Positions 12,841 to 25,760 of a DNA stretch of 64,000 bases are shown here, one piece after another. Origin of the DNA: the human T2T-CHM13v2.0 reference genome, Homo sapiens; the NCBI RefSeq assembly GCF_009914755.1, contig NC_060927.1. One strand, 5' to 3'. The notes under the pieces are model-generated. The model was given only the letters and a program-made list of their open reading frames with translations. It did no database searches and was not told where the DNA came from. Positions within the stretch are counted from its first letter, which is position 1; every line of letters begins with the position of its first letter. The translations under genes and the position numbers were made by a program.

Positions 12841-15331
12841 TTACTGATGTTAAAAAAAATCTTATAATAGGAAGTTTTAATGAGCTATTTAGGAGATGGT
12901 TCACTTTTGATAATGAAAACATACACGTGTCAACATGATAGGATAAAGGAAAAGAACATTTCTGGAGCTTAATATATAAGGAGCTTGAAGAGTAAGATGA
13001 GATATACAAAGATAATTTAAATATCAAAGAGAGGAATAGAACGGAAGATTAAGGAATATGGGCTAGCTGGTAATGTCTGTGTCTAAAAGAATAATGCCTG
13101 AAACTTTGATTGAGGACCACTAAGAAAAATTATAGAGAAGGTATACAGTTAATTGTTGAGAATGCCAAAAACTGAGAATAAGTATATATTTGGAAAGCAA
13201 GAAGTATACAAACACTGCTCTCAAATTTAAGATATGTGGCATATGAAAAGAAAATAAAGCCTTTCCACCTTAAGGACTGAAGAAAATGGTATATTAAGAG
13301 AAAAAAAAATTTCATCCAAAAAACGGATGTAAAGGGGAAATTCAGAAAATAGTTTTAGAATATATGGAACCTGATGACTAGGCATTCCAGAGAACAAAAT
13401 GGGAAAAGGAGTTAGGGAGGGGAAAAGACTTTAATCAGCTAAGACCATAAATTGGACAGAAGGAAATGAGAGTTTAGAATCTAATGGGTAAACAGAGATT
13501 TTTCATTCTCACATTGACAAAGATTAAAAAGAGGATGTGAAAGATGGTAAATTTCATTTTACATGTGTATTTATGTATGTCCTTAGGCAAGAGGATATTG
13601 GTCTAAACACTATGAGTTTTGGATATAATTGCTTTTTTCCTTTCAAATGGAGATGAATACCTTAACATGGTAAAAAGTGGTTTTGTGTGAGAGGTCTCAT
13701 TTTACCTTCTCCCTGCTAATAATTCTGACTTTTATTCTATTAAATTGTATAAAGAATATCAGGTTTTTGGTCAAATTTGAGTTAAAAACTTTAGAAAGTT
13801 CCTGGGAGTATCAGAGAATCTAGATGACTCAGAGATCATCTTTAGAATTGTCATATGTCAACCTAACAAATGTTGTTGATAAATATTAGAAATAGAATAA
13901 ATCGTTTCTCAAAAAAATACTAATTTCTACATCAGCAACTCCACCTCTCTTTTCTTACTTTGTGTCTGGCTGCTTTTCGGCCCTATTACATGGGCAATAC
14001 AACTGTCTAATCTGAAATTGAATGGAGATATGCTGGCTTCTTTCATTTATTATTAGGTTGACAGCTAATAAATTATGAAGTAAATAATGCCAAAGAACGT
14101 TTGTTTATACTTTGTGTAAAGAGGATCATAAGATTGCAAGTAAATTAATTATTGGCTAAAACAGTATATTGATTTTATGCTGTTTTATAGATATGCCAAT
14201 CTTATGATGACCACAGTGTTTTTAATTAAATGTAAAAATAAAAAAGAACAAGAATATTTGAGCCATATTGATCTTAAAATTTTTTTAAAAAAAATCCAAG
14301 CACATCAATGCAGTGAAGTTCGTATGGTGAGAAGCACTTCTCACCATGTACAAACTGTGAAAATAACACATTTCATTAAAATAGGCATCTGTGAGCTAAG
14401 CACTAAGTCACACAAGCAAACATAAGAGGAAGAAAGGGAAATCTGTCAAAAAACAGTATTCCCTGGTGATTCAGTGTCAGCTGCAAATATTCCCTACTCT
14501 TAATCTTTTGTTATCCTAAAGTTCCCTCGGCTGCCATTAAGTAACAATAATGAGTCCTGTAACTATGAAAACAGATTTTTAAATGTGTGTGTATATATAT
14601 ATTTTTGTGTGTGTGGTGGGGGAGTGGGGGATTGTGGGGTGTAGGTGTGGAGTGAATGTTCTTTGGGATACAGCAATCCAAAGAGCCAAAGAATGATGAA
14701 GAGAAGAGAATTGACCTTATACCAAGATTATTTCCATCAGAAATGTAATAAATAAGCTCTCTCTGAAAGATTGAAGAACTCATGCAGAGGCGCTGGAAAA
14801 AAACTTGAAGGAGCACATGAAGAAAAATGAAATTTGCTTTAAAAAATATTTGCAAATTTTTTTCAAAAATTTAAATAAAGTGATTTTTCTGCCTATAAAA
14901 TTAAAATATTTCTTGTGGAAATACAAAAGAGCAGAATACTAAAAGGATGAAAATTAAATGACCCATAATCCTATATCAGGTGATATTGTCTAAATATTGA
15001 GAAGTATTTATTTCATGAATGTGTTATCTCTATAAGCTCATATTTTGTATACATATAAATGACCATATGTAATCATGGATAATTGAATATATTTCTAAGT
15101 GTGCACATTATATATACACTTAAATCTGCTTTTTCCTATGTATATTGACTGTATCCCAAGTAAAATGCTTTATTTAGTAAATTCAGTGTTCTTTTCTTCC
15201 TCAAGTCATCTAATGAGAAATACTAACATCTTTTATAATATATTTCCATTGCATTGTAATTATAGTTACTGTTCTAACTCATTTCATTATCCAGTACCTG
15301 TCATTTAATAACACATTTCCTCCCATCCTTT

Positions 15332-16283
15332 CTTAAAATTTTTATTTGTATAAATTTATGGGGTTCAAGTGCAATTTTGCTACATGCATAGATTGAGTAG
15401 TGGTAAAGTCAGAGCTTTTAGAGCATCCATCACCTGAATAACATACATTATACCCATTAAGTAATTTCTCATCATCCACCTTCCTCCCACTTCACCTCCA
15501 TTTCAAGTTTCCGTTTTCTATCATTCCATACTCTATTTCTCTGCGTAGACATTCTTTAGTTCCCCCTCATAAGTAAAAACATGCAATACTTTGCTTTCTG
15601 TGTCTGAGCTGTTTCACTTAACATAATGGTTTCCAGTTCCATCTATGTTGCTGCAAAAGACATGATTTTATTCTCTTGTATGACTGGATAGTATTTCATT
15701 TTCTTTATTCAATATTCCATTGATGGACACTTAGGCTGATTTCATATCTTTGCTATTGTGAGTAGTGCTGTGATAAATATACAAGTATAAGTGTCCTTTT
15801 GATATAATGATTTCTTTTCCTCTGGATAGATACTCAGTATACTGAATCAAATGGTAGTTCTATTTTTAGTTCTTTGAGAAATATCTATACTGTTTTCCAT
15901 TAAGATTGTATTCATGTATATTCTCACCAACCATTTATAAGTCGTTTCCATTTTTATACGTTTATAAGTGTTCCCTGTTTTTCTGCATCTTTGTCCATAT
16001 GTGTTATTTTTTGTCTTTTTAATAATAGCTATTCTGACTGGTGCAAGATGATATCTCATTGTTGTTTTAATTTTCATTTCTCTGATGATTTGTGATGTTG
16101 AACATTTTTTCATATGCTTATGGGCCACTTGTATGTCTTCTTTTGAAAAATGTCTAATCAAGCCCTTAGCCTACTTTTTAATGGAAGATTTGTTTTTGAT
16201 GGTGGTGGTGGTGTTAGTTGCTTGAATTTCTTCTAAATTCTGGATATTAATTCCCTGTCAGATGCAGAGTTTGCAAATATTCT
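15332..16283 (-). mobile_element. L1 3' end (L1PB4/L1MA1-type), 5'-truncated
   Basis: ORF 15847-16161 '[37 protein letters not shown]' is the L1 ORF2 C-terminal region, followed by a typical 3'UTR. Confidence 0.92.
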
Positions 16284-16555
16284 TGAGCTGGTTATTTTGA
16301 TCAATATTTCAGCAGAATTCTGTTTTCAAGTGGTTGTTTTAGAAAGATACAGTGATATATTTTCTAAAACCTTATAATATATGTGTAATGTCTTCATCAG
16401 AAGTAAACAAATAAATAAATCTCGATTTTTAATATGTGTTGGTGAGACAATTTTTCAATTCTAAAATTTCAAATGTTGTCTCTTCATCTCTTTCTAGCAT
16501 TACTGTTGAAGAGGACACTGAAAGGTCTCTGAGGACAATATCAGAGATAAAAATA

Positions 16556-16658
16556 TTATGTCGGTGCAAAAGTGATCACGGCTTTTGCCATTACTTTTAA
16601 TGGCAAAACAACTTTACTTTTAATGGCAAAACTAGCGATTACTTTTGCACCAACCTAA
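16556..16658. mobile_element. MADE1 (Hsmar1-derived MITE) with a 23-bp internal expansion
   Basis: TIRs 'ttatgtcggtgcaaaagtgatcacggcttttgccatta' and 'taatggcaaaactagcgattacttttgcaccaacctaa'; upstream TA at 16554-16555. Confidence 0.92.
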
Positions 16659-16679
16659 CATAACATTTCTTTTTTCTTT

Positions 16680-17452
16680 ATGAGAAAAGTTATAGACTAA
16701 AAAAAAATCTTTACATGCCAAGTTTCTTTATTTCTTCCCTCCTTCCTTTCTCACCCTCAGGTCTAGGTTAATAGCAGGTAATTGTGACAAGTCCAGTGTG
16801 GGTTACTGGTCATGAAGAATCCATTGTTGATGACATCCCAGAAGAGAACACTAAGTCTTAGCTTTCATCTTACCCCTGAACTTCCCTTCCTCTGAAGGTA
16901 AAACATAATATATGCAAAAACATAAATGTTTACTGTGTTGGCTTGTGGTTTGAGGCCTAAAGTTAAGGTTCAATGCTGTATACTGCCTTGATATCTGGTA
17001 AAATTGAGAGAGACTGGAATTACCTAATAGCAAATTATCTTCCACACTGCTTCTGCAGTTAATGTTCACCAGCCAAACAGTCCTTCTTATCAAAGAATTG
17101 TGAGTTTCTGCTTACTCCTGAGGAGTGGGTTTCAGTTCCCTGACAGCCCACTAAGTTATTTAAATAAGGCGATTGTATTCTTCCTTGGGAACCAGGCAGC
17201 ACTTCACCTTTTTGATAATACAAAGCCTGCATCCCCCTGCCTCTGGCAGTTCACTGTAATCCCAAGTGCAACCTCTGTGTGGGCTTGTGTGGTATGGGGC
17301 GCCCTTCTCTCACAGGCTATGAGCATACGTAACCAATAAACCGCTGCCAATCTCATTTTTCTTGCATCAAGCGTTGTGTGTTTGGCCATCCCCATAATCC
17401 AAGGGCAGGAAACTCTCTCCTATTAATGGGGTAAATAGGACATGATTAAACC
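16680..17452 (+). mobile_element. ERVL solo LTR (MER54/MER74-type)
   Basis: 'gagtgggtttcagttccctgacagccca', 'gggaaccagg', poly(A) signal in 'ccaataaaccgctg', U5-like 'tgtgtgtttggccatccccataa'. Confidence 0.65.
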
Positions 17453-17597
17453 TTGGCCACTCTTATAATTTAAAGCGGTATTCAGGCTTAACTAATTGTG
17501 ATTCATTTTTTATAATTTTAAATGGATCATGATAATTTTGTTTCCATTCCTTTGATTTTTTTTCTTAATGCCTTCTAATCTCCCCTCTGATTGAAAG

Positions 17598-17710
17598 TGT
17601 TCATTCATTTAACAAATCTTTATTGAGTAATTTTATGTTGAGCACTTTTCAAGGTACTAATGAGATAGTAGCAAATTGAAAAATACAAACTTTATATGCT
17701 CAAGTTCAAA
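17598..17710 (-). mobile_element. L2 3'-end fragment
   Basis: 'ttcattcatttaacaaatctttattgagt...gagcacttttcaaggtacta'. Confidence 0.6.
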
Positions 17711-18478
17711 AGTAAATTTCAAAAAGAAGTTAAAATAAATGAATTACAAAAAAACTAGGAAGCAGGTAAAGTGTTTAAGAATTTGGCTATTACTGAAAAT
17801 ATAGAAAAAAATCCTTGCCAAAAAGTCTAAAATTAGAGTTCAAAATCGGAATATTATATGCATGTTGGTTTTAAAGTCTGGTCCTGCAAATGTGGTATTA
17901 TAAACAGAAACTAATGATGGATTAACCTAAATTTGTCCCCAGTACAAAGTTATTTGATACAAAATGCCTGTATTTAACAGACTAAAGGAAATCACAACCT
18001 TGTAACTTAGCATGGATAATGAAAAACAAATCACTTAAAATGCCCATCAACTTATTTAACTGTATTTCATGCCAGTATTTCAGGTAATTAACATCCTGCA
18101 ACCTTACAGAAATTGCTTTCACTTCTACCCATTTATCCTCATTTCAGTTTATGTTCTCATTTATTTGTCTATGAGTGTCAAATTAGATTATGCTTTGGAA
18201 CTTGTTTCTGTTTTTACTAAAGTATACTTAAGCAACCCTAAAGTGAAGAAATCAATGCAATGCTTATGTGTTTCATTATATACACGAAGCTTTTATTCCT
18301 AAGGTTTTCTTGAAAAGTCACTGGACCTTGATATTTTGTAAGTCTCACTATCTTCTGCACAATAGCAATTCTATTGTCCTTTTCATCAATATCATTTGGT
18401 TAATAAAGCAACAGTGTTTTCTGACTTTTTCTGCTTATGTTTTCCTGACCTACATAGATTCTTGACTTTAAGGAGAAA

Positions 18479-18720
18479 ATGGATTGCTGGATAAAATATA
18501 GGACATTTAGTTGGATTTGAATTCCAGTTAAATACATTTTAAAAATATATCTCTATAGGTGTATATTTATATTTGTGTGTTCTATGCAGTAATTGGGACA
18601 ATTATATTTAAAAAACTGTATTTTGAACTGAAAAATTATTCTTTTTCCAATCTGAAATCCAAAATTAATTGTGTGTCCATTATGCATCTATGTATTTATT
18701 GTTTACCAAATCTGACAAAT
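18479..18720. mobile_element. MER53 (palindromic hAT MITE), diverged
   Basis: 'ggattgctggataaaatataggacatttagttggatttgaattccag' ... 'tctgaaatccaaaattaattgtgtgtcc...ccaaatctgacaa'. Confidence 0.75.
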
Positions 18721-19295
18721 GAGATAAAATATCTATGCACACCGATAAAAATTATGAAAAGCAAACAAGAAAACACTGATTTTAATACAATGTAAATAAG
18801 ATGTTTATGTGCACACTAGCTTTTTTCTATATTATTCTGAACATATATATTTCATGCAACCAATGCCAAATACGCCCCTCCGGCAAAAAAAAAAAAAAAA
18901 ATTAGTATCTTTTCATAAAAAAATATTGAATCTCACTATTTTTTACTAATAAAATTTCTTATCAATCTGAAAAGCAGGATATTGGAGACACCTGATTTAT
19001 ATCACGATGCATAAAGCCATGTTGTGTTGGAGGCCCAAGAAGCCAAGTTTATGTTAAATAAAAATGAGTTAAAACGTCTAGAAAATGAGACTGATGTTTA
19101 GGTTGTATGAAGAAACTGAAGAAAAACACCATTCCCCCTAAAAACAGCTTAAGAAGCCACCATTTATTTACAAAATGCATTTGCTTAAAGACATCAGAAA
19201 ACTACTAAAGCTATGAGAAACAGATAGGCAATTCTAGAGAAGGGAGAAATATGGAGGCATGAGCTGAAGTTTTGCAGCTGGTTTATCCCTGGGTT

Positions 19296-19899
19296 TGTTA
19301 CTGAACTGAACCTGGATCTGCTTGCCTGTCACATAGAAAAGCCAAATACTGACACCAGGATTTACAGCGAGAGAAAGTAAGGCATTTCTTGCAGGGTTCC
19401 AAGCAAGAAGAATGAAGAGCTAATATTTAAGACTCGAACTTAATGATGGCTTACAAGCAAGGGTTTTTCAAGACAGAGGTGAGGGGATCTTCAAAGTGAG
19501 TTAAGGGCTGGGAAATTTCTGGAACTTCTTCATCCATTTTCTGGTTACAGGCTGGCAGAGGTCTATATGACAGCAGTTGGCATTTTCCATCAGGTGGGGG
19601 TCCTAGTTTCTGAAAAACTACTCAGGGCCGTATGTCAAGATGTTATCTTTAGTTTCTGTAGAGCACTGAGCATCTTATGACTGATTTACTTGGGTGACTA
19701 TTATTTAAGCTAAAATTATCTTCTTGCTTAGCAGGTTATTAATTTACTGCCCTAATGGCTGGCCACAAGACTAGCTAGCTGCCTGCAATTTCCTTTGAAG
19801 GGCCTCAAAGTGTTTGTTTTTTTTTTTTCCTTTTTTATCCATGCCAGGGCAGGGTAGGGGAACCCAGTAGGCTCCTAAGTGGGGTCCCTAATTTGCCTC
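19296..19899 (-). mobile_element. ERV1 solo LTR (MER67/MER31-type)
   Basis: TG...CA ends ('tgttactgaac' ... 'gcctca'); 'ttgcagggttccaagcaag', 'gggggtcctagtttctgaaaaac', 'gtcaagatgttatctttagtttct'. Confidence 0.75.
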
Positions 19900-20652
19900 A
19901 ATTACATTAAAAACGGCAAGAAAGTCATTGTCCAAATTTGAATACACACTGCTAGAGTCTAGAAACTCAAATTTTGTCCAGTTAGATTGTTGCCGTTGGG
20001 GAGGATAGAATAGTAGAAGTTGTCTTGGTTACCTGGGGATGGAGAAATAAAATCAGTGGTTTGTGAGGCCTAAATAATTAGATTTTTCTTTCAACACATT
20101 TACTGATCTAAATATTTAAGTTAAACAGAGTTAAATGGCAGGCAGAAAATCTTCTGAGAATTTAAGAAATATGTATTTTTTTGTTCTGCAAAATTATCAT
20201 TTTGATTATGACAATAGTCTTTTTGTTTATTGACTCTTATAGCAAATTCCTCACTTATTTTCTCTTAATTTCCTTGGACCACTTGGTTTCACTGTAAAGA
20301 TAGTGTCCACCATCCTCAAACACTTCAGTATTTATTTCCTATAAATGAAGACAATTTTGGTTGTATCTATGACACAACCATCAAGATCAGGATATTAGTA
20401 TTGATATATCTTCCACTCAAGAATAATTCAGTCCTAAAGACATTAGATAAGGCCACACAAGATTACTAATCATGCTGAGTTTGAGGGAGATGTGATGTCT
20501 CATTGCAGTGGCAAAACCTGAGAAGGCTGAGAAAGAGATGTACAAGTGGTAACAGTGCCCGATAAAGGAAAGAAAACCCCAAGCAGAGTGAATAAGTTTG
20601 TACCCAATTGAAGAGGCAGCTTGGTATATGAAGTCAAAGATTATGCGGAGTA

Positions 20653-21017
20653 AGCCATAAAAAAGAATAAGCTCATGTCCTTTGTAGCAACATGGATGAA
20701 GCTGCAGGGCATTATCCTAAGTGAACTAATTCAGAAACAGAAAATCAAATACTCAAATACCATGTGTTGTCACTTATAATTGGGAGCTACACAATGGGTA
20801 TACATGCACAAAGATGAAAATAATAGACACTGGGGACTCCAAAAGTGGCGAGGGAATGAGGCAGGTAAGGGTTGAAAAAGTACCTATCAGGTACAGTGTT
20901 CACTATCTGGGTAAGGGGGGCACTAAAAGCCACGTCCCCAGCAGTATACAGTATACCCATGTAACAAACATGCCTATGCACCTCTTGAATCTAAAAATTA
21001 AACTGAAATCAAAAAAA
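20653..21017 (+). mobile_element. L1 3'UTR fragment (L1PB/old L1PA-type)
   Basis: 'agccataaaaaagaat...gcaacatggatgaagctg...atagacactggggactccaaaagtgg...catgtaacaaacatgc'. Confidence 0.88.
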
Positions 21018-21549
21018 GCAAAAGTCTTTTGCATGACAGGATGGCCCAGCTTAGGATGGTGAGGTTAAACAGGGCAGGTAATACACACACAAAAAAGATA
21101 GGGGTGAGAGATAGACCATTGCAAGTTTCAGAGGCGGACTTGGCTGAGGATGGTATCCACATGATAGGGGGTGCACTGCTGCAAGGAGTCAGAGAGAGAG
21201 CAAAGTGAAGAAATTTTAACCACCGGAATGAGATATAAGAGTTCAAGTGAAGTAAGGAAGGTGTCTCCACAGAGCAATAGCTTACATGGGGTGTTAACGT
21301 TGTTGTTTATTTTATAATAAGGTTCAAATCACATCCAATCTGAGTAGGTTTGAGTCTCCTTGTTTTTAAATTCGATAATTTTTTAACTTTTGTTTCTTTA
21401 GATTCAACTTGGTTTGGGATAGAGATTTTGGTAAATCAATAATTAGGTACTTACCATATTTACAAAGTAGATTATATATTTTTATGTGCTTTATAATCTA
21501 ACTGTTTTTGATTCATTCATTTGTGAGGAAAGATTTTGCATTTTATTTT

Positions 21550-22045
21550 AAAATCATGCTGCTATAAAGACACATGCACACGTATGTTTATTGCGGCATT
21601 ATTCACGATAGCAAAGACTTGGAACCAACCCAAATGTCCAACAATGATAGACTGGATTAAGAAAATGTGGCACATATACACCATGGAATACTATGCAGCC
21701 ATAAAAAATGACGAGTTCATGTCCTTTGTAGGGACATGGATGAAATTGGAAATCATCATTCTCAGTAAACTATCGCAAGAACAAAAAACCAAACACCACA
21801 TATTCTCACTCATAGGTGGGAATTGAACAATGAGATCACATGGACACAGGAAGGGGAATATCACACTCTGGGGACTGTTGTGGGGTGGGGGGAGGGGGGA
21901 GGGATAGCATTGGGAGATATACCTAATGCTAGATGACGAGTTAGTGGGTGCAGCGCACCCACATGGCACATGTATACATATGTAACTAACCTGCACAATG
22001 TGCACATGTACCCTAAAACTTAAAGTATAATAATAAAAAAAAAAA
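21550..22045 (+). mobile_element. Young L1 3' end, L1PA2-type, heavily 5'-truncated (~0.5 kb)
   Basis: Near-consensus ORF2 C-terminus '[56 protein letters not shown]...LIGGN'. The 3'UTR diagnostic reads 'gatgacGAGttag' rather than ACA/ACG, so it is not L1HS Ta/preTa. Poly(A) tail present. Confidence 0.95.
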
Positions 22046-22829
22046 GAAATGATGAAAAAAAAGTGTATATCATATATTTCTGTGATACAAGTTTCATATG
22101 ATTGAAAACGTGTAATGCCTTGAATATTTTTCAACTCAACAAAATGTTAAGATAAATAACATAAGATAAATAAAATGTTAACATATGTTATGTAGGAAGT
22201 AAATCATAATTATGGGTTTTAATTTTTATTTTAAGATATTTTAAATTTTAATAATTAAAATTAAATTTAGATAGCGCTGAATATTGTGAACTAGGAACAA
22301 TCAGGTGATCAAAGTCACCATATTTCTAGAATGCTATCTATAAAATTACTTCATTCTTTCTGTACAGATAAAGAGCAGAAACTATATAACTGTTTTAAAA
22401 GACTAATGTTTAGTAACCAATGTGTATTATCTCAAATAATTTTTTGGACTATGTGGGTATTTCTGATGAGTATTGCCAACCCTTATCTCAGTTAACTAAT
22501 GTGCAACATTAATTTTCTAATTCAGAAGAGAGCATTGCAGATGGTTGTATAAATCCATTTGATTCTGTAAAACTCTGATAATTAAAATAAATATGTGATA
22601 CTTTTTTAGCATTACAGCAAGTTGAAAACAGCAATTATTTATGTATTTTTAATACACAATATTTTCTAACCTAATAAAAAATATGAAAACATAAAATATT
22701 TAGAAATGTTTATAGAGTATTATTCATAGGCATTCCAAAAGCCAAGTTTATATTTACGCACAATTAATTATAATCGATTAAGGAAAATTAGGGGAAATTA
22801 TCTCTACAGGGGGAGATTTATTTTAAAAT

Positions 22830-25080
22830 AAAGTATATGAGAGTAAAACAACAAGACCTAAAAAAATACGTTAAAATAAGGAGTCACATTTTGGCAGGGA
22901 AGGAAAAACATGGGAGATGAAAACAAGAAACTCAGATGGGTCCATAGATAGCATTGTCCATCTAACAACTAATATGACATGTGAGGTATGGGAAAAAGTT
23001 CTCATGTATGTGAAACTGGAGTCTCAGAAAGAAAACAAGAGAAACAATGAGACAAAATAAATATTTATAAAAATACTAGGTAAGGAATTTCAAATGCTAA
23101 TGAAATACAGCAAACCACAGATTCAATAAATTATTTGAACCCCAAACAGGACAAAATTAAAGGAAACCACATGTAGGCCCAACATAGCCAAACCGCTGAT
23201 AAATTAAAAAAGAAAAGCTTAAAAGCTGTTAAAGAACAATAATCATTAGTTTTAATAAGGTTGGAAAATAATCGGCTAGCCTATAATTCTATACTTAGCA
23301 AATATGCTTTTTAAATATAAATATAAAATAATTTTCAGGAAAAAATTCATGATTATCAAAAATTAAGATAACAAATATATGTTGAGACTATTTTTAAAAT
23401 AAGTTCTTTTGGCAGAAGAAAAATATCCCAGATGCAGCCATAAAAATACATAAATGAAAGAAGGGCAAAGAAAGAATGAAATAGAATAACTTACCAAGCT
23501 AATGAAGATAATGTCTCAGCCTTGAGTTTAAGATATGTGTGGAAATAAAATACATGACAGCTGTTTCAGGAGTCCACAAGACCACCCACATCCTCAGTAG
23601 TTTACTAGGACTCACAAGCTCAGCATACAGTTTCTTCCATGTTTCAAATTTTTACAGGTAACATGGTCAGGATACTCAGTTTGTTCAGTTAGGGAAAAAG
23701 ACACAATCTGAGTCTCGAGTAATATGTATGCAGGTTTCCTATACTCTATTCTTCCCATGAGGGATCACACAGAGTGTACTGTCTTTACAGCAGAAAAAAT
23801 ACACCACATATGCAGTGTTTCTGCCTAGGGAATCCTATTTGAGACTGAGAGTTTAGGATTTTTTATTGGGAGCTGGTCATGTGGACATATTCTAATGAAC
23901 TTCCAATAGTCCAGACTCTAAGAAGAGAAGGAGTTGTTCACCATAAATCATATTATAGATGTAAAGAAACAATTTTTCAGTTAGGAAATATTTCAGAAAC
24001 TAACATTCCAGACGCTAGCTAAGGGCCAATTTTGAAAGTAGGTCCTTGCAAAGATTTCAGCCTCAGGCCTGCTGTAATTCTCTTCTAGATAATAATAGTA
24101 GTACAAAAAGTGGGAAGAGTCAAAGAAGTTAAATCGTTACAAGATATTTTATTGCTTAAAAATTGATAACAAATGTTGTAATCTCTAGAGTAACAATTAA
24201 AGGAATAACTAGCGATTGTGAACCCACAACACAATAGATGAGAAAAATAAAATGATATATAAATACCTGGTTGAAGCAAGAGAAAGAAATAAATAAAAGA
24301 AAAAATTAAACTGGTTCCATAAATAACACAGAGCAAGTTGGTATATAAACCCCAGGATATCACATAGTCCACCATCAGATGAAGATTCTCACACTGGAAA
24401 AATAATCAGATAAAAAGACAAACAAAACGGTCTGAAATCCAAACTTACAGTATTTATTTAAAATATACTTAAATATTCTTAAAGATAAAAAAGTTTAAAG
24501 GCAAAGGAATGAAAAAGATATACCATATAAACACACCAAATACAGAAAACTGACAATGTTAACATCACATAGTAGAATGCATCCACAGGAATGTGTAACA
24601 ATCCCCAATTTATGTGTACCGAATACTGGATGTATAGAAAACATATAGAAATAGTATTAAACGATATTATTTGTTATTGTAAATTATTAGAGACACATTT
24701 AATAAAAGATATGTAAGACTTCTACATGGAAAACTAGAAAACATGATTGAGAAAATTTTTATTGTGTCCTAAATAAGTGGAGAGAAACTCCATGTTTATT
24801 GATTAGAAGTAATAATGCTGTAAAAATATCAATTTCCCCAAAGACACAAGGCAAGCCCTGTAAAAATTCCCCAAATAGCCAAAAATAGAAAAGACAATCT
24901 CATACTAAAATGAACAGATCTGGAGGATTATACTATAAACATAAATCTTAGAAAAATCTGTATTAATTAAAATTGCATGGTACAAGTATAAACAAATAGA
25001 GCAGTGAAACAAATAGTAATATAGAAACTGGCTGTATATGTATTGTCATCTGATTTAAACAGTGTAATGGGAAGAAGTAT
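22830..25080 (+). mobile_element. Ancient L1 (L1MC/ME-type) ORF1-ORF2 remnants, interrupted by an LTR
   Basis: A-rich sequence with 'aactggagtctcagaaag', 'aaaccacagattcaa', 'gaaccccaaacagga', 'gaaaactagaaaacatgattgagaaaa', 'tggaggattatacta'. Confidence 0.65.
23562..24088 (-). mobile_element. ERVL solo LTR (MER77/MER21-type)
   Basis: 'ccacaagaccaccc', 'ggactcacaagctcagcatacag', 'ttcccagacgctagctaagggccaa...gcctcaggcctgctgtaattctcttct'. Confidence 0.78.
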
Positions 25081-25094
25081 CATCTTCACCTTTT

Positions 25095-25760
25095 CTTTTT
25101 TAAAGTTTTTAATCAATAAATGATATTTATATATTTATAGGATAGAATGTGATATTTTGATATGTGTGTACATTGTAAAAATATTAAATTGATTTAATTG
25201 ACATTTCTATCACCTCACTTGCTTATCTTTTTGTTTTTGTGGTGAGAGAACATTTAAAATCTACTCTTTTAGCTATTATGAAATACACAATACGTTATTA
25301 TTAACTATGGTCACCTTGCTGTGCAATAGAACACTAGAATGTATTTCTCCTGTGTAACTGGAACTTTGTATCCTTTGACCAACGTCTCCACTTGGCCCAT
25401 CCCAACTGCCTTCCCCGATCCGTTGGTAACCACCAATATGCTCTCAGCTCATTCACATTGAACTTCTCTCGATTCGACATATACGTAAGATCATGTGCTT
25501 CTTGTCTTTATGTTCCTGGCTAATTTCATCTACAATATTATCCTCCAGGTTCATCCATGTTGTTGCAAATGGTAGTATTTTCCTTTTTTATTAAAGCTGT
25601 TTTGTATTCCATATGTATATAACACATTTTTTGTCCATTCATCCATTATTGGACACTTAGGTTGCTTCCATATCTTGGCTATTGTGAATAATACTGCAAT
25701 GAACATAGGAATACAGATACCTCTTTGACATTCTGATTTAATTCCTTTAGATTTATACTC
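25095..25760 (-). mobile_element. L1MA-type 3' end
   Basis: 'gaacatttaaaatctactctttt', 'ttattaactatggtcaccttgctgtgcaatag', 'ggacacttaggttgcttccatatcttggctattgtgaata'. Confidence 0.88.

Noticed and set aside
14612-14655. G-rich tract as a possible G-quadruplex
   Set aside because: Only three runs of at least three G, embedded in microsatellite-like sequence; no functional context.
18872-18901. Orphan poly(A) preceded by GC-rich 'acgcccctccggc' (possible tiny retrocopy)
   Set aside because: No TSD and too short to assign to any source.
21536-21826. Very clean 96-aa ORF
   Set aside because: C-terminus of L1 ORF2 in a 5'-truncated copy with no promoter or true start.
187-22175. Scattered 10-21 bp micro-duplications (near 187, 5311, 10609, 20745, 22148)
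   Set aside because: Ordinary replication-slippage scars with no shared motif or periodicity.
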